From positions 29,618,854-29,682,853 of the forward strand of contig NC_090406.1 of NCBI RefSeq assembly GCF_036365525.1: a DNA stretch of 64,000 nt. Reading direction: 5' to 3'. Made by a program: the position numbers and the translations under genes. Below the pieces are notes generated by a model. That model did not search any database. It saw only the letters and a list, made by a program, of their open reading frames with translations, and had not been told where the DNA came from. The stretch comes from Heterodontus francisci. Lineage: Eukaryota. Below are positions 51,948 through 62,749 of the stretch, piece by piece (the stretch's first letter is position 1; each line of letters begins with the position of its first letter).

Positions 51948-52429
51948 TCACTGGAAATAGTTTCTTTCAACTGTCTCATCCCTTCACAATTTTAAACACC
52001 TATTACCTTAATGACCTTTATCAAATCACTCAATCTCATTTGTCATGAAAAATGCCCCATTAAGTTTTTCTTATTTATATTTCCTTTATATTAGGCAGCA
52101 TCCTAGTGAATCTGCACTATACCCTCTCAGTCTACTCAAGATACTTCTATAGTTTGGGGCCCAAAACTGCACTGTGCCCAACTGTGATCATGCTATGATC
52201 TTATTCACCTTTACAATTTGACTTGTATTCTATATCTTAATATTCCATTAGCTTTTCTTTTATGCTTTTATCCTGCTTTTGATGAACTGCATATCGCTGT
52301 GCTTTTCCACATTGTCTAGTCTCCGCTTCTAGTTACAGGTTATTTTTTATTATACATCTCCCTCACTCCGCACAAACCGCTCAAAAGTAACTTATTGGCT
52401 GTGAACTACTTTAAGATGTCCTGAAATTA

Positions 52430-52545
52430 TCGACCTGAAACGCTAACTCTGTTTCTTTCTCCATAAATACTGCCAGATCTGCTTGACTATTTCCAGCATT
52501 GTTTTTCAGATTTCCAGCATCTGCAGTATTTTGCTTTTGCTTTAT
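52430..52545 (+). mobile_element. Penelope pLTR tail fragment
   Basis: GACCTGAAACGCTAACTCTG...TTTCAGATTTCCAGCATCTGCAGTATTTTGCTTT; only the 3' half of the hammerhead is present. Confidence 0.6.
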
Positions 52546-52907
52546 CTCTCTGTCTCTCTCTCTCTCTCTCTCTGTGCAAGTCTCTTTCCTTCTGTATATG
52601 ATGTGTGTGCATGTATCTCACACTTTCTCATGGTTATCTTCCTTGGGGACAAGATTTTTTGGTATCGAATGTGTGAAGCAGTAGTGAGAGAATAACATTG
52701 GTTTACACATTCTTCAAATGATTCTAGATAACTTGACTTTTCAAACTCCGCAATCCAAATTTGTAAGGAAGTTTTTTAATGTTCCCAGGTTCCGATGGTG
52801 ATGCTGCATCACCATAAAGGTGGGGACAGCAATGGTCTTGGGCTGCTTATTGTGATCATATTTGTTTTTATGACCCAGAGAGTTTCAATACTCTTTCTTT
52901 CTTCCAG

Positions 52908-52921
52908 GAACTCTGGAGTGA
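52908..52921 (+). CDS. POLE4: POLE4 exon 4 (terminal)
   Basis: cttccag|GA ACT CTG GAG TGA gives (G)TLE-stop, matching the POLE4 ending FAFLEGTL[D/E]. Total 360 nt = 119 aa. AATAAA at 53396. Confidence 0.88.
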
Positions 52922-55900
52922 AATGGAGCCAAGCTTCACTTGAGGCCAAATTGACTATAGATGGAGAGCTGTGTTCAGAGATACTCACTGTATGCTTGTA
53001 TGTACATTTTGTATAATTTGTAAAAAGGGAGTTGTACCTGTTGAGTAATTGTGATTCCAGGTGTGAATGTTGCTGATTAAATGACTACATTAGCTTTTAA
53101 TTTTTATCTTGAATATTATCTTTTAGCCATAGGATCTTTCAGTCGTGCTGCTGGTGAGGTTAGCATGTATGCATGCCAAAAAGAAAATCCCACCACTATT
53201 GGGCCCAGTCAGTAGTTTACACAAAATAGATGATCTTTTACAATATAATTCTAATATATAGCTAGAATCACCACCCAATGGTGTGTATCATCTTGGGTAT
53301 GACATTATGAAAGCTTTCAGAGCACTGTAATCTAAAATCATTGGCTTTTGCACTGTTAATAACACAGCTGGAGCTGTTCTGAAACCTGTACTGCTAATAA
53401 ACAGAAGACTGGAAATGTAACTGCCTGAGCACTCAGTTAATTCCAACTTGAAACTTACTCCTTGTGACCTACTGTTCTACCCTCGTCTTATTAGATGATC
53501 TGGCAGTGAGTTAGAAACTTTCTGTGCAACGTAGGAGGATGGTATTTATTGAATTATGTTTGTGTGTAATTTTGTTAATCATTTCAATCTACCATGCTTA
53601 TTTATGCTACCTGAAGTCATCTTTGTGCCACACAGCTACCAGACATCAGATAATACAACAGCCATACTGTTCCCTTTTCTCTTGAGCCAAAATCACTCCA
53701 TACCATTTCTCCCCCCCCCCCCCCAATTTTCTTTCCTGATAATCAACTCGTTCATTAGCAAGGGGCATTACTGTCAGATATGCATGGCAAATAATGCACG
53801 AGGCATTCAGTTTAGTGTCTGCTTTGGGCAGTAATAATGCATCTAATACTAGGTGCGCAAGGATTTTGTGCTGTGCCATCAGGTGCTGCAGTATGGGGTT
53901 TGTGGGGAAGGGGGAGATTTATAAATTTTGTGTAACATGATGACCTACATTCAAGTGATCCTCTTTGTATAATCCCACATAACCCAATTCTTCTAATTTA
54001 ATGTGACCTGTGCTATATCATGTTTTGTCTGCCTCTTTCTTCAACTGCGCCTCCCTTTCCCCGTCCCCCCAGAAGCCCGCCTCAAATTAGAGAGACAAAA
54101 AAGTCTCCAATAAATGGAACTAAATTGACATTGACCAGAAATTGTTAAACTGGACTTTAAGCTGGTCACAATGCCTGTTAATGCTAATAGTCTGAGGGTC
54201 CAGTTTGAGAGAGTCTCTAGTTTTAAAGGGTAGTTATTGATTACGATTGTCCTTTTACCTTTTTGAGGAAGCTCAGTTTTTATTGACATTTGTGATTGGT
54301 TCATTATGGCTCTTTTCCCACTCTTCCAATTGTTTTAGGAACTGATTTGATTGTCGCTATATCTTTGAGTACTCATGACTCATTTGAGGCTGGGTATCTG
54401 ATCTCAAAATGGAAACTTTTTTTTAAAATTTTTCTTTGCCCCTTGACTCCCAAAGACTGTGGGTCCAAGCCTCACTGACTTGAGCGCTTAATCTAGCTTG
54501 GCGTTTCAGATTAATGTAGCAACAAAAAATATTAGGTTGAGAGGTAAAGAAAGACGTTGGGAAGAAAAACATGGGTACAGGTACAAACCATAACAGTAAA
54601 ATGTTCCTTCAGTGCTTTAGCGGGGAGGAGCTGAGAACTTTAGAAATGCAAATAGGCTAAAAACATGACATGCTCAAGATAATAAACCTTCTGAATGATT
54701 AAAGATATCAATCCTAGACTTGAAAACCTTTTAAATAAAAGATGCCAGGAATAAACGGTACTTAACCAGCATACGAAAGGGAGCACATTTATGCAGCATT
54801 GACCATCAATGAGGGTGTTGTTGACAATAGGGTGGGTCCAACAGATTTAACATGGTCTCCCATTTTTAAAAGTACTGACTTTCTATTTAAGGCAGCCAGG
54901 CAGAGTTTGTGAATAGCAGCCAGAAGGCCCTGAAGCCAAAAGCTATTGCCCCTGCTGCAGACCTTTCTTTCCTTCCAAGCACAAGGCCTTGGCAAGAACG
55001 GGTCCTGTGCTGGAGGAAGGTCAGGTCCTGGTTAACAACCTGAATGCAGAAATATGGGTAGGTTCCAGGAAAATAAGGTGGGACACACTGCTTTATATGT
55101 GCCTAGGTTGTGGGGGCTGGGTGGTGGAAAATCAGCCCTTTAACTTGTATGTGAAAGCTGAGATCAAGAATACTGAATTGAAGGGGAGAATGAGAGATTA
55201 ATAATAATAGGAATGGGCAGCACAATTACAAGTATGAGAAAATGACAGGAGGTTTGAGATTGTGAAAATAATGGAGAGGTAACCGTGAAGGAAAGTAAAA
55301 ATTGCTCTCGGGAGCTTAGTGTAAGAAAATAATTGGGTTTGGAGTGAGTGATTAGGAAAGCAGCAGTTTAAAAGTGAGGAGAAAATTGAATTACAGTTAG
55401 TGGTAGAGAGAATGAGAATTACCGAGGAGACAAAGTATAATAGAGGAAAGTGAGAATAACATATCAAGAGTCTAAGCAGGGAGAGAATAGGATTGAGGAG
55501 TGGAAAGAATGACAGACGATAACCAATGAAGGAGAGTGAGGTCATAGAATGAGATTGAAAATGACTGAAGCAAGACTGGGAACAACAGTGAGGGAGAGTG
55601 ACAGCACAATGGAAAGTGGTACAGGGAGGAACAACAAGAGAGGAGAGGAGAATGTAAGGAGGAGAATGCCTGAGAGATCATTCTTGTTTTTGTATGCTTC
55701 ATTGTTTGGAAGTTTACAAAGGTTTTAATCACCCAGGCTTACAATGGTGTATGCATTTATTCTGTATAATATTTCAATTTACATTTGATTTTTACACAAT
55801 TCGATAGTATGAGCTCTGGCAATAGGTTTCATAATCCTGCATATATTAATACATCAATATAGAATTATATACACATGCATATTTTACAACTGACTGTGCT

Positions 55901-56118
55901 GTGCAGTCACCACATCTTGCTTTGTGGGGGTCTTTTTTTAAAGTCAGTTTCTCAGACAGGCCTCTTTCATGAGTGATCCCATTGCTTCCCGATCTCTTGA
56001 AGATGCCTGTTTCTCACTAAGAGCCAATCACCGTGTATAACTGGCATGTTTTGGTTCTCTGGCAGTTATAGTTTCTTGGCTGATACGATTGGGTGGTGAT
56101 TGAAGTGTCAGTAATGGA

Positions 56119-56522
56119 TTAATGGCACCCACAGCTGCCAGCAACCATGTCGTCATACTGTTTCAGGACCACATTCTCATCGTCATCAAAATAGAGAAGA
56201 TTGATGGAGAAGAGTTTGTCTGGTACGCAGCATGGAGATGCCACGCCATTGGCTAGCTTAAGAGCATTGATAATGGATTGAACAGTGGCATGGTTGGTGG
56301 GTCTCATATTTTGGCCCAGTGGGAAGACACATGCTCCTTTACAGTGGTAGGCATTGTAACCCCGAGGGGAGATAATCCAACCAGACCAGCCAATCTCTTC
56401 AAAGTCTACATACAGAGGATACCTCTGACACGCTTGGAAATCCAAGGACCTTGTGTTTCGGTTCTGGCTTGCTTTGTTCTGAAGTGTCACTCGAGGGAGA
56501 AATGGAGGCTCTGTGGCAAGAT
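56119..56522 (-). CDS. ADMP: ADMP (TGF-beta/BMP family), exon 5: mature ligand
   Basis: tttcag|AT; furin site RNTR; CQRYPLYVDFEEIGWSGWIISPRGYNAYHC..MRPTNHATVQSIINALKL..CC..YFDDDENVVLKQYDDMVAGSCGCH, 7 Cys. Minus-strand AATAAA at 55761-55756. Confidence 0.93.
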
Positions 56523-57373
56523 CTGAAAGTGGAATATATTAAGTTAAATCATCTCATATTGCAGGTTTCTTTTAAAAACAAATCTCTTGTCCTTTTTTGC
56601 AGACGCTAATGTTTGCTGGTGTTTCACAGTCACCAGCACCTTCTGCTACCAAAGCAAAATACTACACCATTTAAAACCGCATAAGCTTCCCTCTCCCCTC
56701 TTTGTGTACAGTTCCACAGATTGGACTTAAGTGTGAGCCTAAACAATAAGCATTTGTTACTATTCACAGCCATATCCTCTCATTAACCAACACCCTCCTC
56801 ACAAGCACTTCAGTCAGTGGTTAGACTCAAATAATTTAAATGTTTGAAAATACAATGAATACTTGTGTGGGAAGTAAGAATGTTAAGTGATTTGTAAGAG
56901 AAAAAGAGAGGAATCGGGATTAAAATAAATAGCTACCCCCATTAGGTGAGGGAGACTGAACAAGCCATCTTGTCGTTATAGTAGTTAGGAGTGGTTGCAC
57001 TGGCTGGTATTTTCTCTCCCTGTCTCCCCGCTGGCAGCACTGAGGCTAAGTGTAATTCTACCCAAGCTAATGAAACAGATTAGGAATTGAACCTACAACC
57101 TTAGATCCTGTATGCCTGAGCAGCACATAGGACAGTGCATGAACCCTTTGAGCCATCAGGAATTAAACGTTAATTGTAATTTATGTACCTGAAAGGAACT
57201 TACAGCTCTGACTCTCATTTAAATGGATCTAGCGGGAGACCCTCTATAGGGTACCTAACAGATTAAACCAACTTGTTCAGGCACATGGCCAATGACAGCT
57301 TTTTGTAAGTGTGTTTAAACACAATGCAGCAGTGAGGCAGACCCTCCTCTTGTATTAATCATGAGCATTTTAC

Positions 57374-57569
57374 CTTTTAAGGAAGTGGAGGTGACAATCC
57401 CTCTCCTCTCGTCATCGGTGAAAAGGACCAGCATTGGTTGCTTGCTGCTGTGATGGTCTCTTTCTGTGGCGAAGCAGCCAATGTGATTGTTGAGCTGCTG
57501 TCTAGCCAGAGTTTGCGCAATGACCAGCAAGCCCTTGTTACTCTTTCTATCCTGTGTCCACGCGTACAC
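57374..57569 (-). CDS. ADMP: ADMP exon 4
   Basis: acag|GTG; VYAW..FATERDHHSSKQPMLVLFTDDERRG; G|GTAAA; 196 nt. Confidence 0.9.
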
Positions 57570-58129
57570 CTGTATAAATAAACAAATATTTCATTAGTCA
57601 AATGCAGCAAGTGTTTTATGTAGTGTAAGACTCCCTCTGTTGTGTCTCATGAAACACTTCTAGATCAGGTATAGTAGGTGTCAGATGCAGAGCAGAAATC
57701 TCCCTTTACTCTGCCCAAATAATATGCGTTAACCCCCCAACCTCAGAACACCATCTCCTATTGCACCAATGTGACAGTTCCATTTTCCACATGCAAGATG
57801 GACACATTGAGGGGCCATTGGGCCCAGCTTCGCTCATCCATACATAATAAGGAAAAGCCCCATCAAATTATGTCTTTTGAAAAACTTTCACTTCATTCCC
57901 TAGAAGCTCATTCACTTGTTGTGTGAAGTTCTTCTCAATATCTGTCCTAAATTTTCCTTGCATCATTTTTGACCTATGTCCTACTTGTTCTAATATCCTA
58001 GCATATATTGAAGCAGTGCGTTGGATTAATCTTATCTATGCCACTTAATTTATACTAGGTCCCTCTCAGTCACCTGTGTTGTTAAAAAGCCTGTTTTTCT
58101 GGTTGTTCCTGAGAAACTCAATCATTTGA

Positions 58130-58412
58130 CGATAGCTGTGACTTCTTTGTACGCTCTTGTGCGTCCCTGATTTTAACCGCTCCACCATTGATTGCTGCAC
58201 CTTCAGTTGCCTTGGCCCCAAGCTCTGAAATATCCTCTCGACCTTGCTTTTCTCCTTTAAGACACTCCTTAAAACCTACCTCATTGACCAAGCTTTTGGT
58301 CATCTGACCTAATATATCCTTTTGTGTCTCAGTGCTGTATTTTTTATAATGCTCCTGTAAAGCGCCTTGGGATGTTTTATGTTAAAGGCACTATATAAAT
58401 ATAAGTTGTTGT
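58130..58412 (+). mobile_element. L2-like 3' end
   Basis: Same tail as the other L2-like copies (AAGCGCCTTGGGATGTTTT..AAGTTGTTG). Confidence 0.7.
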
Positions 58413-59040
58413 ACAATGGATTGAATTGGATTTATGCCTTGGTAACCAAAACTGAACACACTGCTTAAAATGTATCCTGATCAGTTTTAGCATGATACCT
58501 TTGATATACTCAGCTGGTTTTGGAATATAATTTAGCATTCTGTTCTCTTGTTTACTAGACTTTGATTTAACACGCTATTAACAGAATTTACTATTGCTCC
58601 AAGATCTCTTTCCATCCACCCTTGTAGCCTCCAAGTGAGACTGCCAACTTGGTGCTAAATCTTGAACAGATTTCTGCTGTAGAACCATGCTAATCACATG
58701 TACTAATCCGGTGTAGCTTTCAGTCTATTTAGCCTGGTTATTTTCATACAGCATTCAGTAGCACAAGGCCTACATCCTCAGATAGGTCTATATCCTCACA
58801 AGGACCTAGAAATTTGTTGACACTGTGCCCGTTAGAAAGGAGTACAATTGGAGCTCAAGTGCCCAATATGCTGGTTGGTGTGCAAGTGCACATTCTGCCC
58901 CAGCATATTGGTAAAGGCTGAAGTATTGGTGCAGTTCTGCCTGCAGTTACAAAAATATAAGAGATAGGAGTTCTGAGACTGACTTCTAGTTCTAACCTCC
59001 CCAGTCAGGAGAATTGTCTTCCCAACATCTATCCTGTCAC

Positions 59041-59218
59041 GATATAACAAGGGTCTGTGCAGTTACTCCTGGAGATATAACAAGGGTCTGTATCGTTACT
59101 CCCGCAGGTGTAACAAGCATCATTTCAGTTACTGCTGCATTAGCAGCAATGGTTTGTGTGGTTACTGCCACAGCTATAACAGTCAATACGAGTACTCCTG
59201 TAGGTTTAACAAGGGTTT
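59041..59218. repeat. Degenerate 33-bp tandem repeat (about 5.5 units)
   Basis: GATATAACAAGGGTCTGTGCAGTTACTCCTGGA-type units with GTTACT recurring every 33 nt. Confidence 0.75.
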
Positions 59219-59458
59219 TTAAAAGAGCTGACACAGGCACTTCAGGCTGGATGGTCCTGTTTCAGTAATGTTTTATTCTGTGACTGTGATTACGCCTAGT
59301 GATGTTTGTGTGGATGCCGCCAAAGATAATGATATGACAGAGGCCAGCTTATTAGCTTTTGCAACTTACTAGAGGGGATAGTGATTACTCATGCAGGTAA
59401 GACCAGTATCAGAAAAATTATTCTCGTAGGTATTATTGAATAAGGCAATATAACTTAC

Positions 59459-59581
59459 AGCCTGAGTGATTGTGAAGATTTCCCATCTGCTATCATGGAC
59501 TGCCAGTACTCTGGATGACAGCAACCTTTGCCCGTCTGCTGTAGATGTGTTATTACTGTCCAATATCTGGTAGACATTGAC
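59459..59581 (-). CDS. ADMP: ADMP exon 3
   Basis: ttttag|GTC; VNVYQILD..GQRLLSSRVLAVHDSRWEIFTITQA; |GTAAG; 123 nt. Confidence 0.9.
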
Positions 59582-60220
59582 CTAAAACAGAGTATACAGC
59601 TCAGACAAGTTGTAATAGCCAATTATGTTGTAAACAAAGCCAGAAAGCAATCAAAGTGGAATGAGTTCACTGCCTCCTGGCTCTTCCTTTAGTGATTTCC
59701 ACAGACCTGAATGCAAAAACTGTTCTTTGGCTTGCTTCCAACTGCAGCTCGGCAGTGCATGCTACTGAGGTGGCAGGAGATAACTTCCCTCCCACCTATC
59801 CCCATTATACCTGCATGAGAAACCATTCTATCATTAAGTACAGCCAATCGATAAAAACTGCAGTCACCAGGACTCACACTTATTGAGATTGAACTAAGAG
59901 AGATTCTTCAAAACTTAGTTCTTATTTCCAGCCTCTTGCATAGACGCCGTGAGGAATTTCCTGTGGGGGCGTAATCAGGAAGTTACAGCCAGTATTAAGC
60001 CCATTCATGCACTCATTTTTCTAATGTCTATCAGCACCCAAATTTCTTGCCAATCTCATTCGTATATATTGGAATGTAAAAATGGCAGGAATCAGTGTAA
60101 TCAGTCAGGGCCCAATGATTGTGCCAAATTCACATCATACGTTCCTTCCTTAAGTATGACAATTAAAATTTTAAGCCATCATTCATGCATATTAAGTTTA
60201 AGAACATGCACGTGATACTT

Positions 60221-60386
60221 TGGGGCCGCTTTGACTTGGTGTGATAGTGTAAAGCAGGTAAAAATTAATTGGCAGGCCGTTTTACATCTTACATTACTAT
60301 TTCCAATAGAAATAAGGAGGTGTAAAACAGGCTGCTCATTCACGATCATTCATTTTACACTATCACACCAAGTCAAAATTACCCCA
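60221..60386. mobile_element. Small palindromic MITE in ADMP intron 2
   Basis: Perfect 24-bp inverted repeat TTTGACTTGGTGTGATAGTGTAAA (60230-60253 / 60354-60377), an inner inverted pair, and TGGGG/CCCCA ends. Confidence 0.8.
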
Positions 60387-61084
60387 TTCTGATACCATAA
60401 AAATGCATTAAAAGCAGAAAATACAGTGCAGGTCTCAGCAAAAACAATGCAGGTCTCATTGTGGATAAATAAAAAAGTCAGAAAACTTTACCCCCGCTGC
60501 ACCTAAAAGTCTGGACTTAATTTTACACCCGTTTTGAATCAGTGTAATTGCAGGAAATCTGTTGCCTACAGCTCTTTAATCTACAGGTGGTGCCATCGCA
60601 ATGAGCCTTGATGTGTTTGAGCACTAGGATCGTTAGACGGGCGTAAAAGACGGAGGAAATTCAGCCGTAGCGTAATTATGTGGGTAACACTATCACTTGG
60701 GTTTCCTCGATCTTTCACGGCAGAGTTTTGTTTTAGGCCCCGATTATACATATTTCTGGACATAAATATGCAGGAAATTCCACCCATGTTGGGAGGACAT
60801 GCATAAAACTACATAAAGGAACGTTCCTTATCTCTTGATCTCAGTTTTCTGAGTTTTCTTTCTGAATTTCGTTCTCACTTTCTGTTTTCTCTGAATTTCC
60901 TTGTCTTGCTGCATCTTTCACTTTCTGAGTTTCTTTCTGTTTCTCTCTGAATGTCTACAAGTCTCTGTTTCTGTCTTGAAACTCTCCCCAGGAGTTTCTC
61001 TCTCTCACTCTGTCAGTGCGGATTTGAAGTGGGTGGGTGGATGCACTGAGCGGTCAGATTTAGCCGAGCCCCTGGCCCTCTTAC

Positions 61085-61227
61085 CTGGCAGAAGTGGTGC
61101 CTGTGGTACAGGGTGTCCTGTGAGAGTCGGGCCCGCAGTTTGAAGAGGTGCAGCTCGGCGGTCAGGATGGTCTCGCTCTTGGCCACACTGGACAGGTTGA
61201 AGAAGAACTGGAACTGCTGACTGCGGG
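61085..61227 (-). CDS. ADMP: ADMP exon 2
   Basis: atgcag|CC; FFFNLSSVAKSETILTAELHLFKL..RHHFCQ; |GTAAG; 143 nt. Confidence 0.92.
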
Positions 61228-61333
61228 CTGCATGAGAAAGATTTAAAAAAACGGGAAGGTAAGTGAGGCTGAGTGAGGGGGGGTTGCCAGGAACAATCTC
61301 CAACACTCTTCACTACATGGGACAGGCTCTCAC

Positions 61334-61613
61334 TTCTATCCAGGAAGCTCCGCACTGTGTTTCCCACCAGCAGGTCAGGCTGCTTGGTCACTCCGTCCAC
61401 ATCTGCCACCGTGTTGTAGAGGTCCAGCATGTACTGAGGAGGCTGGCGGACCCTGGGAGGGGACTGCGGGGCGTCTTGCATCCCGAACACCTCCAGCAGC
61501 CTCTTCAGTGCCTCGGACCGGACCTGCTGGCTGTGCCCAGACAGACTGGCGGCGCAACTCGGCCCCAGCGACACGAGCAGGAGAAGCAGCGAGGCACCGA
61601 CCCCAGAGCACAT
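61334..61613 (-). CDS. ADMP: ADMP exon 1 (signal peptide + prodomain)
   Basis: Hydrophobic signal LLLLLVSLG; EALKRLLEVFGM, QPPQYMLDLYNTVADVDGVTK..GNTVRSF; A|GTGAG. The five exons total 1146 nt = 381 aa. Confidence 0.92.
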
Positions 61614-61669
61614 GGCACTTCACTCACTCAATGCCGGGATGGGCAGTGGCATCGCGGCCACAGACGGAG

Positions 61670-61945
61670 CCGCAATATATCCACATCCCACCCCCCATTA
61701 GAGCGGAGTATGCAAGCGGCCAATTAGTGGGTGTGAGGGGCTCGAACCCTCCTGCTAACGAGGTGTGACCCCAAACCCAGGGAAGACCGCGTTCTTCGCT
61801 CTCTAATACACAAGTATTGACTGATCCCCGGCCTCACATGGAGACCCCCCACTGCTTCCCTCCCTCCCCATTGTACTCGCACAGTCGGGGCCGCTTACTG
61901 AGCCCTTGAATGAATAATTTCCACTAATGGAACCATTAACTGTAC
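61670..61945 (-). promoter_or_regulatory. ADMP proximal promoter with candidate T-box, FoxH1, homeobox and Sox sites
   Basis: TATATT-like at about 61679-61674 (minus), CCAAT at about 61720, AGGTGTGA 61761-61768, AATACACA 61805-61812, CATTGT at about 61869, several TAAT/ATTA. Confidence 0.5.
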
Positions 61946-62749
61946 AAACGGAGGGAGCTGGTATCGCCGAGGGGGGTTTGGGTCAGCGAAATAGAAAGCT
62001 TGGGCCAGAGAAAGAGATCCTGGATCAGTGAGAGAGAATGTGGGTCAAAGATTGATACTGGGTGGGAGGGAGGGAGAGATTGGATAAGAGACAGATGGCT
62101 AAAGAGAGAGAGGGAAAATAAAATGTCCAGTTGGCAAGAGACTGCATGGGAGAAAGACTGGGTCAGAGATAGATGATTTAAAAAAGAGTTTGGGTCAGGG
62201 AGGGAGATATAAAATGCTCAGATAGAGACTGAGTGGGAGATGGGGACAGTCTTCTTCTGTATCAGATATCCCTGGGCTGATGTTTGCTGCAGGTGGATGC
62301 TGAGATTTGGAGGGAATAGGCCTTCTACCTCCAGATCTGCAAGCAGTTACTCTTCAGGTGACCCTACAGAAATGCATAGGTAAAGTATGTTGGTATCTGT
62401 AGAACACTCCTTATAACATGAATCAATTGCATTTCACATGCAATGACATGATGTAGTGACACTAGGTGCAATGCCTGTAGGAAGAACGTTTGAATGAAGG
62501 ACCAATTTTTTAAAGGAAGAGAAAGATTGATGTATAGGTGCTAGCGTGCATGCTGCTCTGCAATAGGGAGATGGGAGTGTCAGCCCACAAAGTGCAGGTT
62601 AAGCTCTTTCGGGCTTGAAATTTGTAGTGTGCTCCCTTCCATTCCCCCCTCCCCCACTTCTGTTATGGGCTTCCTTTACCTGAAAGCATCAAGTGATTGA
62701 TGAATTGTTGACTCTTTCTTGAGCCCTGACACAACTATGCAATTGGACA

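Noticed and set aside
55198-55732. Hydrophobic minus-strand ORFs in a purine-rich tract
   Set aside because: A compositional artefact of AG-rich low-complexity DNA between the POLE4 and ADMP 3' ends.
61005-61333. C-terminal part of the 202-aa ORF 61005-61613 as a separate protein
   Set aside because: Read-through past the exon 1 donor; exon 2 is in a different frame.
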